A stretch of DNA of 64,000 nt, from the NCBI GenBank assembly GCA_040220235.1, contig JAVJTO010000070.1; one strand, 5' to 3'. The notes under the pieces were generated by a model. The model had not been told where the DNA came from. It ran no database searches and saw only the letters and a list, made by a program, of their open reading frames with translations. The translations under genes and the position numbers were made by a program. Numbering within the stretch: the stretch's first letter is position 1; each line of letters begins with the position of its first letter. The stretch is from Coleofasciculus sp. B1-GNL1-01. GTDB lineage: Bacteria; Cyanobacteriota; Cyanobacteriia; Cyanobacteriales; Coleofasciculaceae. Positions 1 to 11,623 of the stretch are shown here, piece by piece.

Positions 1-5
1 ATTTT

Positions 6-977
6 ATGACTAAGAAAAAATTTATTAGTCCAAAGATTGATTATGCTTTCAAGAAAATATTTGGTTCAGACCAAAGTGAAGATATTCTCATCAGCTTCTT
101 AAATGCAATTGTCTACAATGGAGAGAGTGTCATTTCTAGTTTAACCATTGTTAACCCTTACAACCCTGGTCAGGTTGAAACCTTAAAAGATAGTTACTTG
201 GATATCAGGGCTGTTCTAAACAGTGGAGAAATTGTCCTCATTGAAATCCAGGTCGCACGGATAGCCGCTTTTCATAAGCGAGGGATTTACAATCTCTGCA
301 AAGCTTATGCTAATCAGTTGACATCAAAAGACTATTACCTGGAGATTACGCCAGTTATTGCCGTAACAATCACTGATTTCATTCTATTCAAAGAAAGCCA
401 TAAATGTATTCATCATTTTGTGTTCAAAGACAAAGAAAACTCATCGGAATATCCTGAACATGAATTGCAGCTAATTTTTGTAGAATTACCGAGATTTGTG
501 AAAAAATTGCCAGAGTTACAGACCTTGGCAGAGAAATGGATTTATTTTATGACGCAAGCTCAAGACTTAGAAGAAATCCCAGAAAGTTTGGCAGAAGTTA
601 GGGCAATAGAAAAAGCGTTAACGATAGCCAATCAAGCGAACCTGACACCAGCAGAAGCTGAGGAAGTCAGTCGTAGAGCCATGCAGTTGCGAGATGAGAT
701 AGGACGCCTCAAATATGCTACCGAAGAAGCATCGCAGGAGGCGCGGGAAGAAGGTCGTCAAGAAGGTCGCCAAGAAGGTCGCCAAGAAGGTCGCATTACA
801 GAAGCACGCGCTTTAGTCCTGCGTCTGCTGAACAAGCGATTTCCAGACCAGACAGCGGAACTCAATAGCTTAGTAGAAGGTTTGTCGTTGTCAGCTTTAG
901 AAGGGTTAAGCGATGCTATGTTTGAGTTGAATAATTGGGATGATTTGTTAACTTTATTGGCAGATATAGACCAATAA
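6..977 (+). CDS. Rpn family recombination-promoting nuclease/putative transposase (PD-(D/E)XK) with DUF4351-like C-terminus
   Basis: DYAFKKIFG start, LDIRAVLNSGEIVLIEIQ nuclease motif, FVELPRF, EGRQ x3 repeat, LVLRLLNKRF tail. Confidence 0.9.
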   Translation: MTKKKFISPKIDYAFKKIFGSDQSEDILISFLNAIVYNGESVISSLTIVNPYNPGQVETLKDSYLDIRAVLNSGEIVLIEIQVARIAAFHKRGIYNLCKAYANQLTSKDYYLEITPVIAVTITDFILFKESHKCIHHFVFKDKENSSEYPEHELQLIFVELPRFVKKLPELQTLAEKWIYFMTQAQDLEEIPESLAEVRAIEKALTIANQANLTPAEAEEVSRRAMQLRDEIGRLKYATEEASQEAREEGRQEGRQEGRQEGRITEARALVLRLLNKRFPDQTAELNSLVEGLSLSALEGLSDAMFELNNWDDLLTLLADIDQ

Positions 978-988
978 ACTGTTGACGC

Positions 989-2524
989 TCAAATTTCTCT
1001 GCCCATTTCATAGCGTAAATGCAAAATTGCCAATACTTCATCAATCACCTCCGTCCAATAGGAGGCTAAAGCCAACCGTTCGGGTACAATATTGCTGAAA
1101 CGGGTCGAGAGTTCGGGGACAATATCAGGACTCATAAAATAAGCAAACTCTTTTAATCCAGTAGACAGCGACCAATCGTAAGGATTATCCGTCTTCTTCA
1201 GATAGCGGCGCACACCGTCTAAAACAATCTCGGTTAGTTCTATACTCCAAGGAACATGGCAATGGGTTAATAACGTAAACGCCGGATGTTTACTATTAAA
1301 GGGAACCTTACTGGATGGGAATAAATTCAGGAAAAAACTATCTCGTTGTTCATGAGAGAGGACATTAATTAATCCAGAAATTAATTGCTTTTGCGGGATT
1401 AAATAGCCCTTAAACGTACCATTAAACGGCAGTAAAGCCTCTGCCCAGTCCGGATTCTGTTGGCGCATCGCCGCTACCGCCCAGCCTTCAACCACGGAAT
1501 GATCCCACTCACTCCGTTTTGCGGCTTGTATCCATTCAGTCGGGGATTCTTCCTGAAGGTCTGACCACAGAGAAAGGGGAGTCGCGGCGACGATTTGTAA
1601 AATCATCCAGGCTTTATTGCCTAATAACTGAGGCGGCTGTTTGCTATCAATCCCATCTCTAGTTATCTCTTGGTCATGATTATCCGGGAGGAGAAAATCT
1701 AGATGCAAACGGTTACGCTTGCGCCGAAATGTGATAGCCGATTGGATGCGTTGTTTCATCCGCTGACATAACCCCGATTCCGGTAACTGTGCTAATAAAG
1801 TAGCCGCTTGGCGTCGCACCTCTTGACGACGGTCATCCAGTGCAACCTCTAAAAATGCCTCATCCTCCAGGTTTAAGCCAATTTGCAAGGTGTCTAACAA
1901 CGCGATTCTGGCATCTGACGATGCTTGTTGCCACACAGCCACAAGTCGTTCCCGTGCTGAGGCGGGATGTTCATGCCGTAGATGTTGCAATAGAAGTCTG
2001 CGGGCGTCTAGACTTCCAGTTGTCCACGTTTGTTCGATATCCTCATCTCCCACATAATTCCAATCCGGATTATGGGCGGCTAACCACCGTCCCCGTTGAC
2101 CTAAAACCGGGAGAATGGCGGGGCGTAACTGAGGTGAGGTGCGTCCAACTTCCAGTAACTCTGGCAAATAATAGTCGGGCACACGGTATCCAGCTGTAGC
2201 GGCGGCGGCTAACCATTCCGGTAAGAGTTTTGCCCGGTCTTTTTGTAACATCAATTTCAGATAATGGGCGGCGCGGGGGCTACAAGGGGGTTTATCCTCA
2301 GGTGGACAAGGTTGGGGTAAAGGTTGGTTATCGGTAATCGGGCGTTGTCCGGCGCGGTGATAGAGAGAAATTGTCCCAGCCGCGCTGAGTAATGTGGCTT
2401 CTGGGTCAGTAGAATTAAGTTGGCATAAAAGTTGACTGAGTGGGTTAGTGGCTGGAGTAAGGGTGAGAGTTCGTCTCTCGGTGCCAACTAAGGCGGTGGT
2501 GATTACGTCTTGCCAGAGACTCAT
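989..2524 (-). CDS. DUF5691 family HEAT-like protein, usual partner of SWIM zinc finger genes
   Basis: WQDVITTALVGTER start, LGQRGRWLAAHNPDW, FLEVALDDRRQEVR; lies downstream of a SWIM gene. Confidence 0.75.
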   Translation of the reverse strand: MSLWQDVITTALVGTERRTLTLTPATNPLSQLLCQLNSTDPEATLLSAAGTISLYHRAGQRPITDNQPLPQPCPPEDKPPCSPRAAHYLKLMLQKDRAKLLPEWLAAAATAGYRVPDYYLPELLEVGRTSPQLRPAILPVLGQRGRWLAAHNPDWNYVGDEDIEQTWTTGSLDARRLLLQHLRHEHPASARERLVAVWQQASSDARIALLDTLQIGLNLEDEAFLEVALDDRRQEVRRQAATLLAQLPESGLCQRMKQRIQSAITFRRKRNRLHLDFLLPDNHDQEITRDGIDSKQPPQLLGNKAWMILQIVAATPLSLWSDLQEESPTEWIQAAKRSEWDHSVVEGWAVAAMRQQNPDWAEALLPFNGTFKGYLIPQKQLISGLINVLSHEQRDSFFLNLFPSSKVPFNSKHPAFTLLTHCHVPWSIELTEIVLDGVRRYLKKTDNPYDWSLSTGLKEFAYFMSPDIVPELSTRFSNIVPERLALASYWTEVIDEVLAILHLRYEMGREI

Positions 2525-2621
2525 TGAGGCTTTACCGAAGATAGGATATTAAACCGATTTTAATCGAACAGGTTCCTCTGAATTGATTACTCTATTACTG
2601 TTAGTTAACCCTTCTACCCTT

Positions 2622-3230
2622 TTACTCTAAAATTCCCACTAAAATATTTACTAACTCTCTCAAATCATCGGGCAACGTATAAGACCCAATATCTCTTATA
2701 ATTGTTAACGTACTTCGCTCTAACTTACCAAAAACCCACAACTCCCCAATAGTCACCACTCCATACAACACCTCCGGTGATTCCTGGAGCATTGCCAACG
2801 CAATCAACTCCACCGCTAGTTGAGTGAACCCCCGCGTCAAATCATCCCGCTTCGCTTCAATAACAATTAATCCCATCTCCGACTCAATAAAATAATCTAA
2901 ATTCCCCTGAAGTTGCTCATTAACCTTCAACGGGTACTCAATGCGTAGCAAACGGCGGCACATTACCGCCACTCGCGCCAACACTGGCGCAATCAAAATT
3001 TCCCGCTTGGCTGTTTCACTACTGAGAGTGACATAAGGAATCGTGTCTTCTAACTGCTGCTGTAACTCCGAAAGATACTCAATCTCACGAGTGGTTTTGG
3101 GTAAGTGAATGCGCTGGCGTTCAAACTTATAGCCAAACTCTGCCAGGATTTCATCGGTATCATTGGGTAGCTCAAAGTAGGAACGAAAACTATAGCTGGT
3201 TCCCTCTTGCAAAATTTTGGGCTTAGACAT
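2622..3230 (-). CDS. restriction-endonuclease-like (PD-(D/E)XK) hypothetical protein
   Basis: SETAKREILIAPVL and GNLDY...IVIEAKR motifs; AGGAG RBS before the ATG. Confidence 0.6.
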   Translation of the reverse strand: MSKPKILQEGTSYSFRSYFELPNDTDEILAEFGYKFERQRIHLPKTTREIEYLSELQQQLEDTIPYVTLSSETAKREILIAPVLARVAVMCRRLLRIEYPLKVNEQLQGNLDYFIESEMGLIVIEAKRDDLTRGFTQLAVELIALAMLQESPEVLYGVVTIGELWVFGKLERSTLTIIRDIGSYTLPDDLRELVNILVGILE

Positions 3231-3254
3231 AAATACTCCTGAGTTTTAGGTATT

Positions 3255-3286
3255 GTAGGTTGGGTAGAGCGATAGCAAAACCCAAC
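3255..3286 (+). repeat. GTAG-tagged REP-like palindrome
   Basis: GTAG-GTTGGGT..ACCCAAC. Other GTAG/CTAC-tagged hairpins at ~6571, 12249, 14519, 21613, 27422, 34401, 44865, 50311, 60924. Confidence 0.7.
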
Positions 3287-3320
3287 AGGATTTAGGTTGA
3301 AGCCAGCAAACCTAACAAAA

Positions 3321-3449
3321 TATAGCGCTACGCGCTAGGCAATAGGCAATAGGCAATAGGCAATAGTGAAGACAAAAGCTTACCTGAAAAGGGATTGAGC
3401 GATTTTAATTTTTCTTCATTTTGTCCTAACGTGTGTGCGTAGTGCTATA
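3321..3449. mobile_element. MITE with TATAGC.CTACGC / GCGTAG.GCTATA ends and internal GGCAATA heptamers
   Basis: Terminal inverted repeats; relatives at 36183-36277 and ~38660-38720. Confidence 0.7.
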
Positions 3450-3475
3450 TAAGGCTAAAGCCTTTACTACGAACA

Positions 3476-4783
3476 TTATCGAAACACAATAAACTGCTCT
3501 TGGGAAAAAGCACTTAAGGGAAAAAAGTGATCACCATTCCATTCACCAAATACGGTGATGGGATGTCCCCCACTCAGGGCAAATAACTGCCAACCCTCTG
3601 TAAATCTGGGGGTGAGGCGTAATACCTGGTTAGAATCGTCGCGCAATGCCCATCCTTGGTTATATTTCTGGGGAATAACTCCTTGTAAGCTGAGGGGAAA
3701 TTGGTCTAACCAGGGTTGACAAGCTAACGCATTTGTGTATTGATTTAGAGCAGTTGCGATCGCGCGTTCCCCTTCCATTTCTGTAAACGGTATGGCTGGG
3801 GCGTTACGGGTTTTGACAATTGCCCGCAACGGATAAGCGCTGGCAAAGAATCCCAAATCGGCGTCGAGGAGAGTTCCGGGGATGAGACTGGTGTCTAGGG
3901 GTTGAGTATGATGGGCAAAGGTCAGGATCAAGGCGAATCGATGCGTCTGTTGTCCTTGTAACCATATCCGTTGCGCTTTCAGGTTATCCTGGTCTTCGAT
4001 GCACTGTCCTAAGATTGACCAGCGATCGCGGATCATCGAGGTAGCGGTTTCTTCTTTTTGCCCCCACCCAATCGCCGTGCGGATATCGGCTTGCCTGTCT
4101 GGGGGTAATGTTTCTAGGCGTTGGAATCCTTGCAGTAACAGATACAAACGTCCCAACCGTGCCAAGAGGCGTTCTTGCCAACCCACTCCCGTATAGGGAA
4201 TCCCCGACATCTCCTGTAACTGACGCGCCAATCCTGGGGCTTGAGCATCAATCATCCGGGCGGCTACCGTATCCCAAAACTGATAGTCTTTTTCCGGTAA
4301 GTTGGCTAATCCCTGACGGACTAAATCACGCAACCAACGGTCTAATTCTTGCACCCCGGCGGTAACATTTTCCTCCCGTTTGGCGGCGCGTTTGGCTTTA
4401 GCTGCGGGATCAGCAACGTTTTCTGATTTTTCTACCTTTTTCGCCTGTTTTTGACGGCGAGTGCTAATCCAATCGTTTACCCAATCAGGAGATTGATTTT
4501 GGTTAAACCTATCGGGTTGATTGGCGAAGAGTAATAAGAGTCCGAGTCCATGTTTGCAGGGAAATTTACGACTCGGACAACTGCATTTAAACGCCGTTTC
4601 ACCTAAATCGATTTGGGTTTGATAGGGGTTACTTCCACTTCCTTTACACTCTCCCCACACCGCCTCCTGATTTCGTCCCAATCCTTGCCATTTCGATAAA
4701 CGTGCCAAGCCTTGACCATTTTGGGCAGACTTAGCATCGGGGGCGAGTGCAAGGATTTGTTCCGGAGTCCAGGTAATAGGCAT
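3476..4783 (-). CDS. SWIM zinc finger family protein
   Basis: GECKGSGSNPY and CSCPSRKFPCKH SWIM motif; ARMIDAQAPGLA. Confidence 0.88.
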   Translation of the reverse strand: MPITWTPEQILALAPDAKSAQNGQGLARLSKWQGLGRNQEAVWGECKGSGSNPYQTQIDLGETAFKCSCPSRKFPCKHGLGLLLLFANQPDRFNQNQSPDWVNDWISTRRQKQAKKVEKSENVADPAAKAKRAAKREENVTAGVQELDRWLRDLVRQGLANLPEKDYQFWDTVAARMIDAQAPGLARQLQEMSGIPYTGVGWQERLLARLGRLYLLLQGFQRLETLPPDRQADIRTAIGWGQKEETATSMIRDRWSILGQCIEDQDNLKAQRIWLQGQQTHRFALILTFAHHTQPLDTSLIPGTLLDADLGFFASAYPLRAIVKTRNAPAIPFTEMEGERAIATALNQYTNALACQPWLDQFPLSLQGVIPQKYNQGWALRDDSNQVLRLTPRFTEGWQLFALSGGHPITVFGEWNGDHFFPLSAFSQEQFIVFR

Positions 4784-4785
4784 GT

Positions 4786-4860
4786 TGAGTAGGTGGACAC
4801 AATTAAAGTTAACGGTTGAGATTAGGAAGGATCAGGCTATTGCCCATTGCCCATTGCCCT
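4786..4860. repeat. End of a TAAGTAG-type MITE plus TTGCCCA heptamers
   Basis: TGAGTAGGTGGACACAATTAAAGTTAACGGTTGAG matches ends at 13275, 30581, 40586, 56960, 59409. Confidence 0.65.
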
Positions 4861-4863
4861 CTT

Positions 4864-6483
4864 TCATCCTTCAACTGATTCCGCCACGGGCAAGATTATC
4901 GTAAACGTGGTTCCTGCGCCAACTTCACTCTCAACCTCCACTCTACCTTGATGCAATTCTACACATTCTTTCACAATCACTAATCCCAAGCCCACACCAG
5001 GAGTAATGCCAATATTACTGGCGCGATAGAATGCCTTGAATAATTTCCCCTGATCATCCGGGGGAATACCAATGCCTTCGTCAGAAACCCGCAGCCGTAT
5101 TTCCTGGGCTTGAGGACTTAGTTCGACCTCAATTAATCCTCCCTCTGGAGAATATTTGATCGCATTAGACAATAAGTTATCGAGAATGAGTCGCAGCAAA
5201 CTGCCATCTAAAACGACGCGATCGCACTCACTTGGGCAGATCAGGTTCAGGGTATGTTTTCCGGCGGATTTGGGGCGCACCGCTTCAATCGCCTCGCCCA
5301 CGAGTTCCTCAACATTCACTGGAGTGGGATTAAATTCCAGGGCTTGAATTTCGGCTTGCTCAATGAAAATCATATCGTTGACTAGATTCGTCAGATGCTC
5401 AACCGACTGTTTCACCCGTTGGAAATGTTTCTGTTTTTTCTCCGGCGTCAAGCGATCGCTATATCTTTGTAACATTTCCGTAGACGACAAGATTGTCGTC
5501 AGGGGAGTCCGGTATTCATGGGAAACTGTGGCAACAATTCGAGATTTCAATTGGCTCAATTCTCGTTCTCTAGCTAACGCTACCCGTAACTCTTCTTCTA
5601 GCTGCTGGCGTCGGGCAATTTCGGCTTCTAGTTGTTGGTTTTGCTGTCTTAATTGGGCGGTACTTTCAGCGACTCTTTGTTCTAAGTCGGCATTAGTCTG
5701 CTTGAGCAAGGCTTGGATTTGTCGTTGCTCAATGACATCATGGAACACCAATACAGCTCCCAGAATCTGTTCGCTATCATTCTTAATGGGAGCCGCACTA
5801 TCATCAATGGGAATTTCTTCACCCTCTTTATTAATCAGCAGCGTATGATTTTCTAGGTTTACGGTTGTCCCCCGTTCTAGAGACAACGTGACGGGGTTCG
5901 GAATGGCTTCTCGTGTCATTTCATGAATGGTCAGAAAGATTTGATTCAAATCCTGACCTAAGGCGTCTTGTTGTGTCCATTTTGTTAGCGCCTCAGCTAC
6001 CGGATTCATAAACGTGATTGCCCGTTGCGGATCAGTGGTAATAACTGCATCACCGATACTTTTTAACGTCGTGGCTAGCCATTGCTCTCGCTCCCGAAGC
6101 TGTTGCTCCATTTTATGTTTGTAGAGCGCTACTTCAATCGTGGTTGCTAAATCTTTGGATTCAAAGGGCTTGAGCAAGTAACCATAGGGTTCGGTGAGTT
6201 TAGCCCGCTCCAACGTCTCCTGATCATTATAGGCAGTCAGATAGATAACAGGGAGTTGAAACTGCTGGCGCATTTGAGCCGCCGCTTCAATGCCATCGAC
6301 TTTACCTTTGAGCCGAATATCCATCAGCACCAAGTCGGGAGGATTTTGAGGAATTCCCGCGATCGCGGCTTCGGCAGATATCACATTGGCGGTTACAGTA
6401 TATCCGAGGGATTCCAGGCGATTTTGAATGCTGAGAGCGACAACTCTTTCATCTTCAACGACTAAAATTTTTGCTTTAACCAT
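4864..6483 (-). CDS. Hybrid REC-PAS-histidine kinase
   Basis: ILVVEDE/DLVLMDI receiver, PAS, SHEYRTPL H-box, NLLSNAIKY, DEGIGI, GLGL; start likely at MVKAK. Confidence 0.92.
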   Translation of the reverse strand: MVKAKILVVEDERVVALSIQNRLESLGYTVTANVISAEAAIAGIPQNPPDLVLMDIRLKGKVDGIEAAAQMRQQFQLPVIYLTAYNDQETLERAKLTEPYGYLLKPFESKDLATTIEVALYKHKMEQQLREREQWLATTLKSIGDAVITTDPQRAITFMNPVAEALTKWTQQDALGQDLNQIFLTIHEMTREAIPNPVTLSLERGTTVNLENHTLLINKEGEEIPIDDSAAPIKNDSEQILGAVLVFHDVIEQRQIQALLKQTNADLEQRVAESTAQLRQQNQQLEAEIARRQQLEEELRVALARERELSQLKSRIVATVSHEYRTPLTTILSSTEMLQRYSDRLTPEKKQKHFQRVKQSVEHLTNLVNDMIFIEQAEIQALEFNPTPVNVEELVGEAIEAVRPKSAGKHTLNLICPSECDRVVLDGSLLRLILDNLLSNAIKYSPEGGLIEVELSPQAQEIRLRVSDEGIGIPPDDQGKLFKAFYRASNIGITPGVGLGLVIVKECVELHQGRVEVESEVGAGTTFTIILPVAESVEG

Positions 6484-6597
6484 TTGTTTAATTGAAAACC
6501 ACACATAGATAATAAAATTAAATCAACTCGGCATTTAACACCAGAGCCAGCTATGTCCAATAAGTAAGATAGACGTGCCATGACACGTCTCTACAGT

Positions 6598-9500
6598 TTA
6601 GTTACAGCTTTCGATTGGAAAACTAATATTCACTTCTGTTCCCTTATCCAGGTTAAAACTGAGATCACCCTCCAATTGTTCAGTCAGAACATTAATTAAT
6701 TGTAAGCCTAATGACTTAGGGTTGGCAAATTCTAGGTCGGGTGGAAATCCAACGCCATTATCTTTGACCGTTAGGTGACATCGATCCTCAGATTCTGCGG
6801 TCAGGATCACCTCAATCGTCCCTTCCTGACCATTCGGAAAGGCATATTTAAGCGCGTTAGACACTAATTCACTAATAATCAAACCACAGGGAATAGCAGC
6901 ATCAATCGTTAAATCAACCTCATGAATATGAAATTCCAAATTAACTTGGTTATATTCAAAAATATAGATCTGAAACAAATAACTGGTCAAATTCTCAATG
7001 TACTCAGCAAAATTAATCCGGGCAAAATCTTGAGACTGATACAATTTTTCATGAACCAACGCCATTGACTTCACCCGATTCTGACTTTCCTGGAACAGTT
7101 CCACTGTCGTTTGATCGGTAATGTACTGAGATTGTAAATCCAAAAGACTGGAAATCACCTGCAAATTATTTTTAACCCGATGGTGAATTTCTTGGAGCAA
7201 GACTTCTTTTTCCCGCAAAGAGGCTTGAATTTGGATTTCCGCTTGCTTGCGCTCTGTGATATCCAGATTAATTCCCATCATCCGCACAGGCTGACTGGTT
7301 TCATCATAAAATACTTGAGATTTGCTTTCCACCCAGCGCAGGTTCCCATCAGTTCTGATAATCCGAAATTCAATATCATAGCAATCTTCCTGCTCATCAA
7401 TCGCTCGGCGATCCGCTTGGTGAACGCGATCGCGATCCTCAGGATGAATCATTTCCAGAAACATTTTGTAGCTAATCTGCGTGGTTTTGGCATCTAACCC
7501 ATATAGGTGTTGCAGGTGATAGGAACAGGTAATTTGTTCCGTCTCCAGATTTCTATCCCAGAATCCCATACGCGCCGCATCTAGGGCTAACCGTAATTGT
7601 TCTTCACGCTGGCGTAACTGTTCTTCAGCCAGCTTACGTTCTGTCACATCTAGGTTCAATCCAATTGTCCAGATAGGCTGATCGGTTTTGTCATAAATAA
7701 TCTGACCTTTGCTTTGAATCCAGCGCACAATCTGATCGGGCCAAATAATCCGATATTCAAGGTCATAATCCTCTCCAGTTTGAATCGCCCATTCCATGCT
7801 TTGCTTAACCAGTTCTTTGTCTTCCGGGTGAACCTTTTCTAAAAAGGTTTTATAGGGAATTTCTGGACGATCAAATGCCAATCCATAGAGTTGTTCCAAG
7901 CGATAAGACCAAGTAATCATTCCAGTTTGCAAATTCCAATCCCACTTTGCCATCTGTGCGGCATCGAGGGCAAGCCGTAAGCGGGCTTCACTTTGTTGTA
8001 AGAGATCCTCTGCCAGTTTACGGGCGGTGATATCGGTACTCACGCCGAGGACTTGAGTCACCTGTCCATCGGGAGCCACCAACGGGGTTTTAATGGTTTG
8101 ATACCAGCGAATTTTACCGTTTTGATCCCAGGAAAACTCTTCGGGAATGAATTTCGGCTGTAAGGTAGTCAATATCTCTTGATCCTCAGCCATAAAGCGT
8201 TCCACATCTGCCGCATCATCATGGAGTTGGGCGGTTGTTTTTCCCAGCACTTCCTCGACAGGAATCCCCCGATGTTCGGCAAACATGCGATTGGCTAAAA
8301 TATACTGACCGTTTTGGTCTTTGACATAAATGATATTGGGGTTGGTGTCAATGATGGTTTGCAGGAAGTCTTTTTGGTTCTGCAAGGCTTGCTGGGCTTT
8401 TTGGCTCTGAGTTACATCAATGCCCACACAAACAATATGGGTTCCTTGCTGATATTTTTGAGTGGCAATTAAGTGATAGTGACAGGAACCATTGATATTG
8501 ATTTCCAGGATATTTTGGTCAGTTTGAGCCGAACTTGCGATAAACTGTTCAATATAGTTGACAAACGTCGGATTACTATTGAGAAAGCCGAGGGGTTGAC
8601 CCACAAAGTCGTCCGGTGACAGGTTGAACATATCTGCCAAATATTGATTCACTCCCAGATATCGTCCTTGGCGACTCATCCAGGAGACACAACCGGGTAC
8701 TGCATCCAAAACTGCTTGCAGTTGCTCTTTGGCTTGTTGTAATTGTATCTCTATGGTTTGACGGTGAGTAATTTCTTGCTGGAGGCGAGTATTCGTTTGT
8801 TCAAGTTCGGCGGTGCGTTCGCTGACTCGTTGTTCTAAATGGAGATGAGCCTGTTGCAGCAGGCATTCCGCTTGTTTGCGATCGCTAATATCTTGAATCA
8901 GAGCAATCGTGTACTCAGATAACCCATTCGCGCCCCGAACGGCTGACGCTGACACATGCACCCAGACCAGATGACCTTGGTGATGAATATAGCGTTTTTC
9001 GGCGTTTATGTGAGTGATTTCCCCGGTGATCAGTTTATGTAAGTCTTGATAGCACTGGGTTATCTCATCGGGATGGATAAACAGATGGAACGGCTGATTT
9101 AATAATTGGTTAGCCTTGTAGCCGAGGATATCTTGCAGTGCCTGATTGGTATGCAGAACCCGCCCTTGAGTATTCGCGATCGCCATACCAATGGGTGCCA
9201 ACTCAAATACCGTGCGGAAACGGGCTTCACTCTCCCGCACCGCTTGTTGAGCCTGGTGAATGTCGGTAATATCGCGGCACACGCTGAGGACAAATTCAAC
9301 GGAACCATCCGGGGCAAATTCGGGAACCAGACGCGATTGATAATACCGTTGTCCATGGGGAGTCAAAAACGTGAATTCACTCTCATTTTCCTCACCCGTT
9401 TGGAACACCGTTTGTAAGGAGTCCTCCCAGATGGGAATAAGAGTTTTTGGTAATCCTAATTCCCGGTGGGTTTTGCCTAAAAACTCTTGATAGGGAATAC

Positions 9501-10002
9501 CCGTTTCCTGTTCAATGACAGGGTTGACGTAGACATGACGCAGATGGCGATCAAACCGAGCGACAATATCCGGAGAATGATCCAGTAGAACTCGAAATTC
9601 CTGTTCTCGTTGATTGAGCGTGTCCTTAACCTGTTTGTCTTCGGTAATATCTTCAGTAATCGTGGCGAGGAGAGTTTGAGGAGCATTTGGCTGGCTTTCT
9701 TCCCAGGGATTCGGGATGAGAAAAGAGCGCGATCGCACCCATCGGATTGAGCGATCGGATTTGATAATGCGATACTCTTGTGGAGATTCACTGGTGGGGT
9801 GTTGCATCCAAGCCGCCGCTACTCGCTCTCGATCCCGGCGATCGATCGCATCCAGGATACACGGCATATACCCTCCCGGATGACTGGATAATTGGTCAGG
9901 GGTGTGACCCCACATCTGCTCAGTCGCCGCATTAGCGTATAATAATTGATGCCGATTTACCGAGGTCAACCAAAAGACATCCGCAAAAGGTTCTGTCATC
10001 AC
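6598..10002 (-). CDS. Multi-PAS sensor histidine kinase, HisKA_2 type
   Basis: Many PAS/PAC repeats, EIHHRVKNNLQ H-box, ELVSNALKYAF, DNGVG, SLGL. Confidence 0.92.
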   Translation of the reverse strand: MMTEPFADVFWLTSVNRHQLLYANAATEQMWGHTPDQLSSHPGGYMPCILDAIDRRDRERVAAAWMQHPTSESPQEYRIIKSDRSIRWVRSRSFLIPNPWEESQPNAPQTLLATITEDITEDKQVKDTLNQREQEFRVLLDHSPDIVARFDRHLRHVYVNPVIEQETGIPYQEFLGKTHRELGLPKTLIPIWEDSLQTVFQTGEENESEFTFLTPHGQRYYQSRLVPEFAPDGSVEFVLSVCRDITDIHQAQQAVRESEARFRTVFELAPIGMAIANTQGRVLHTNQALQDILGYKANQLLNQPFHLFIHPDEITQCYQDLHKLITGEITHINAEKRYIHHQGHLVWVHVSASAVRGANGLSEYTIALIQDISDRKQAECLLQQAHLHLEQRVSERTAELEQTNTRLQQEITHRQTIEIQLQQAKEQLQAVLDAVPGCVSWMSRQGRYLGVNQYLADMFNLSPDDFVGQPLGFLNSNPTFVNYIEQFIASSAQTDQNILEININGSCHYHLIATQKYQQGTHIVCVGIDVTQSQKAQQALQNQKDFLQTIIDTNPNIIYVKDQNGQYILANRMFAEHRGIPVEEVLGKTTAQLHDDAADVERFMAEDQEILTTLQPKFIPEEFSWDQNGKIRWYQTIKTPLVAPDGQVTQVLGVSTDITARKLAEDLLQQSEARLRLALDAAQMAKWDWNLQTGMITWSYRLEQLYGLAFDRPEIPYKTFLEKVHPEDKELVKQSMEWAIQTGEDYDLEYRIIWPDQIVRWIQSKGQIIYDKTDQPIWTIGLNLDVTERKLAEEQLRQREEQLRLALDAARMGFWDRNLETEQITCSYHLQHLYGLDAKTTQISYKMFLEMIHPEDRDRVHQADRRAIDEQEDCYDIEFRIIRTDGNLRWVESKSQVFYDETSQPVRMMGINLDITERKQAEIQIQASLREKEVLLQEIHHRVKNNLQVISSLLDLQSQYITDQTTVELFQESQNRVKSMALVHEKLYQSQDFARINFAEYIENLTSYLFQIYIFEYNQVNLEFHIHEVDLTIDAAIPCGLIISELVSNALKYAFPNGQEGTIEVILTAESEDRCHLTVKDNGVGFPPDLEFANPKSLGLQLINVLTEQLEGDLSFNLDKGTEVNISFPIESCN

Positions 10003-10138
10003 TGTATCCTTGATCTGGATCTGGCTAAAAAAGATCTGCCTAGAAAAATTTTAAAGACAACCCGGTTGGTTGTCTTCGGCAGCCCTAATAAAAAAATACG
10101 ATTTTACGGAATCCGGTTCGGGACTGTCAACCAAACTT

Positions 10139-10186
10139 AACCCCGCCTTACCTCGGGAAGGCGGGGATTGCCGCGAATTATGTTGA
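10139..10186. repeat. GC hairpin resembling an IS200/IS605-type element end (or a terminator)
   Basis: CCCCGCCTT/AAGGCGGGG stem followed by ATTGCCGCGAATT; no transposase nearby. Confidence 0.35.
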
Positions 10187-10555
10187 TTTTGTCGAGGAGC
10201 TGAAGGGGTGACAAGCCGTCTAAAACCTTTAAAAATCTGGCTTTGAGTGACATTAGTATCTCCAAAGATGAAGCCTTATTGACACCCTTATTGACAGATG
10301 AAGACCACAGCCATGAGATATGGGATTAGCGAAGCGTTGCACAGGGGGTATGGGGGAGGCGCTCGTCCCCCCACCCCCCTCAATCCCCCCGACGCGGGGG
10401 GAAGATAAGGAGGAACTTTTCTTTTAGGGTCTGGGGGGCTGGTTCCCCAGAAACAACCGCTATCTTTGACCCTATCTGTGACAAGAAGAAATGGGCTAAA
10501 AGCAGGATAGCTCAACACTTCAGCTAGCTTGTCACCCCGTGAAGTTGAGGTGGTT

Positions 10556-11623
<1,068 letters not shown>

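Noticed and set aside
10288..10518. 76-aa ORF
   Set aside because: Translates G/C-run palindromic repeat DNA (Pro/Gly-rich), with no RBS or family motif.
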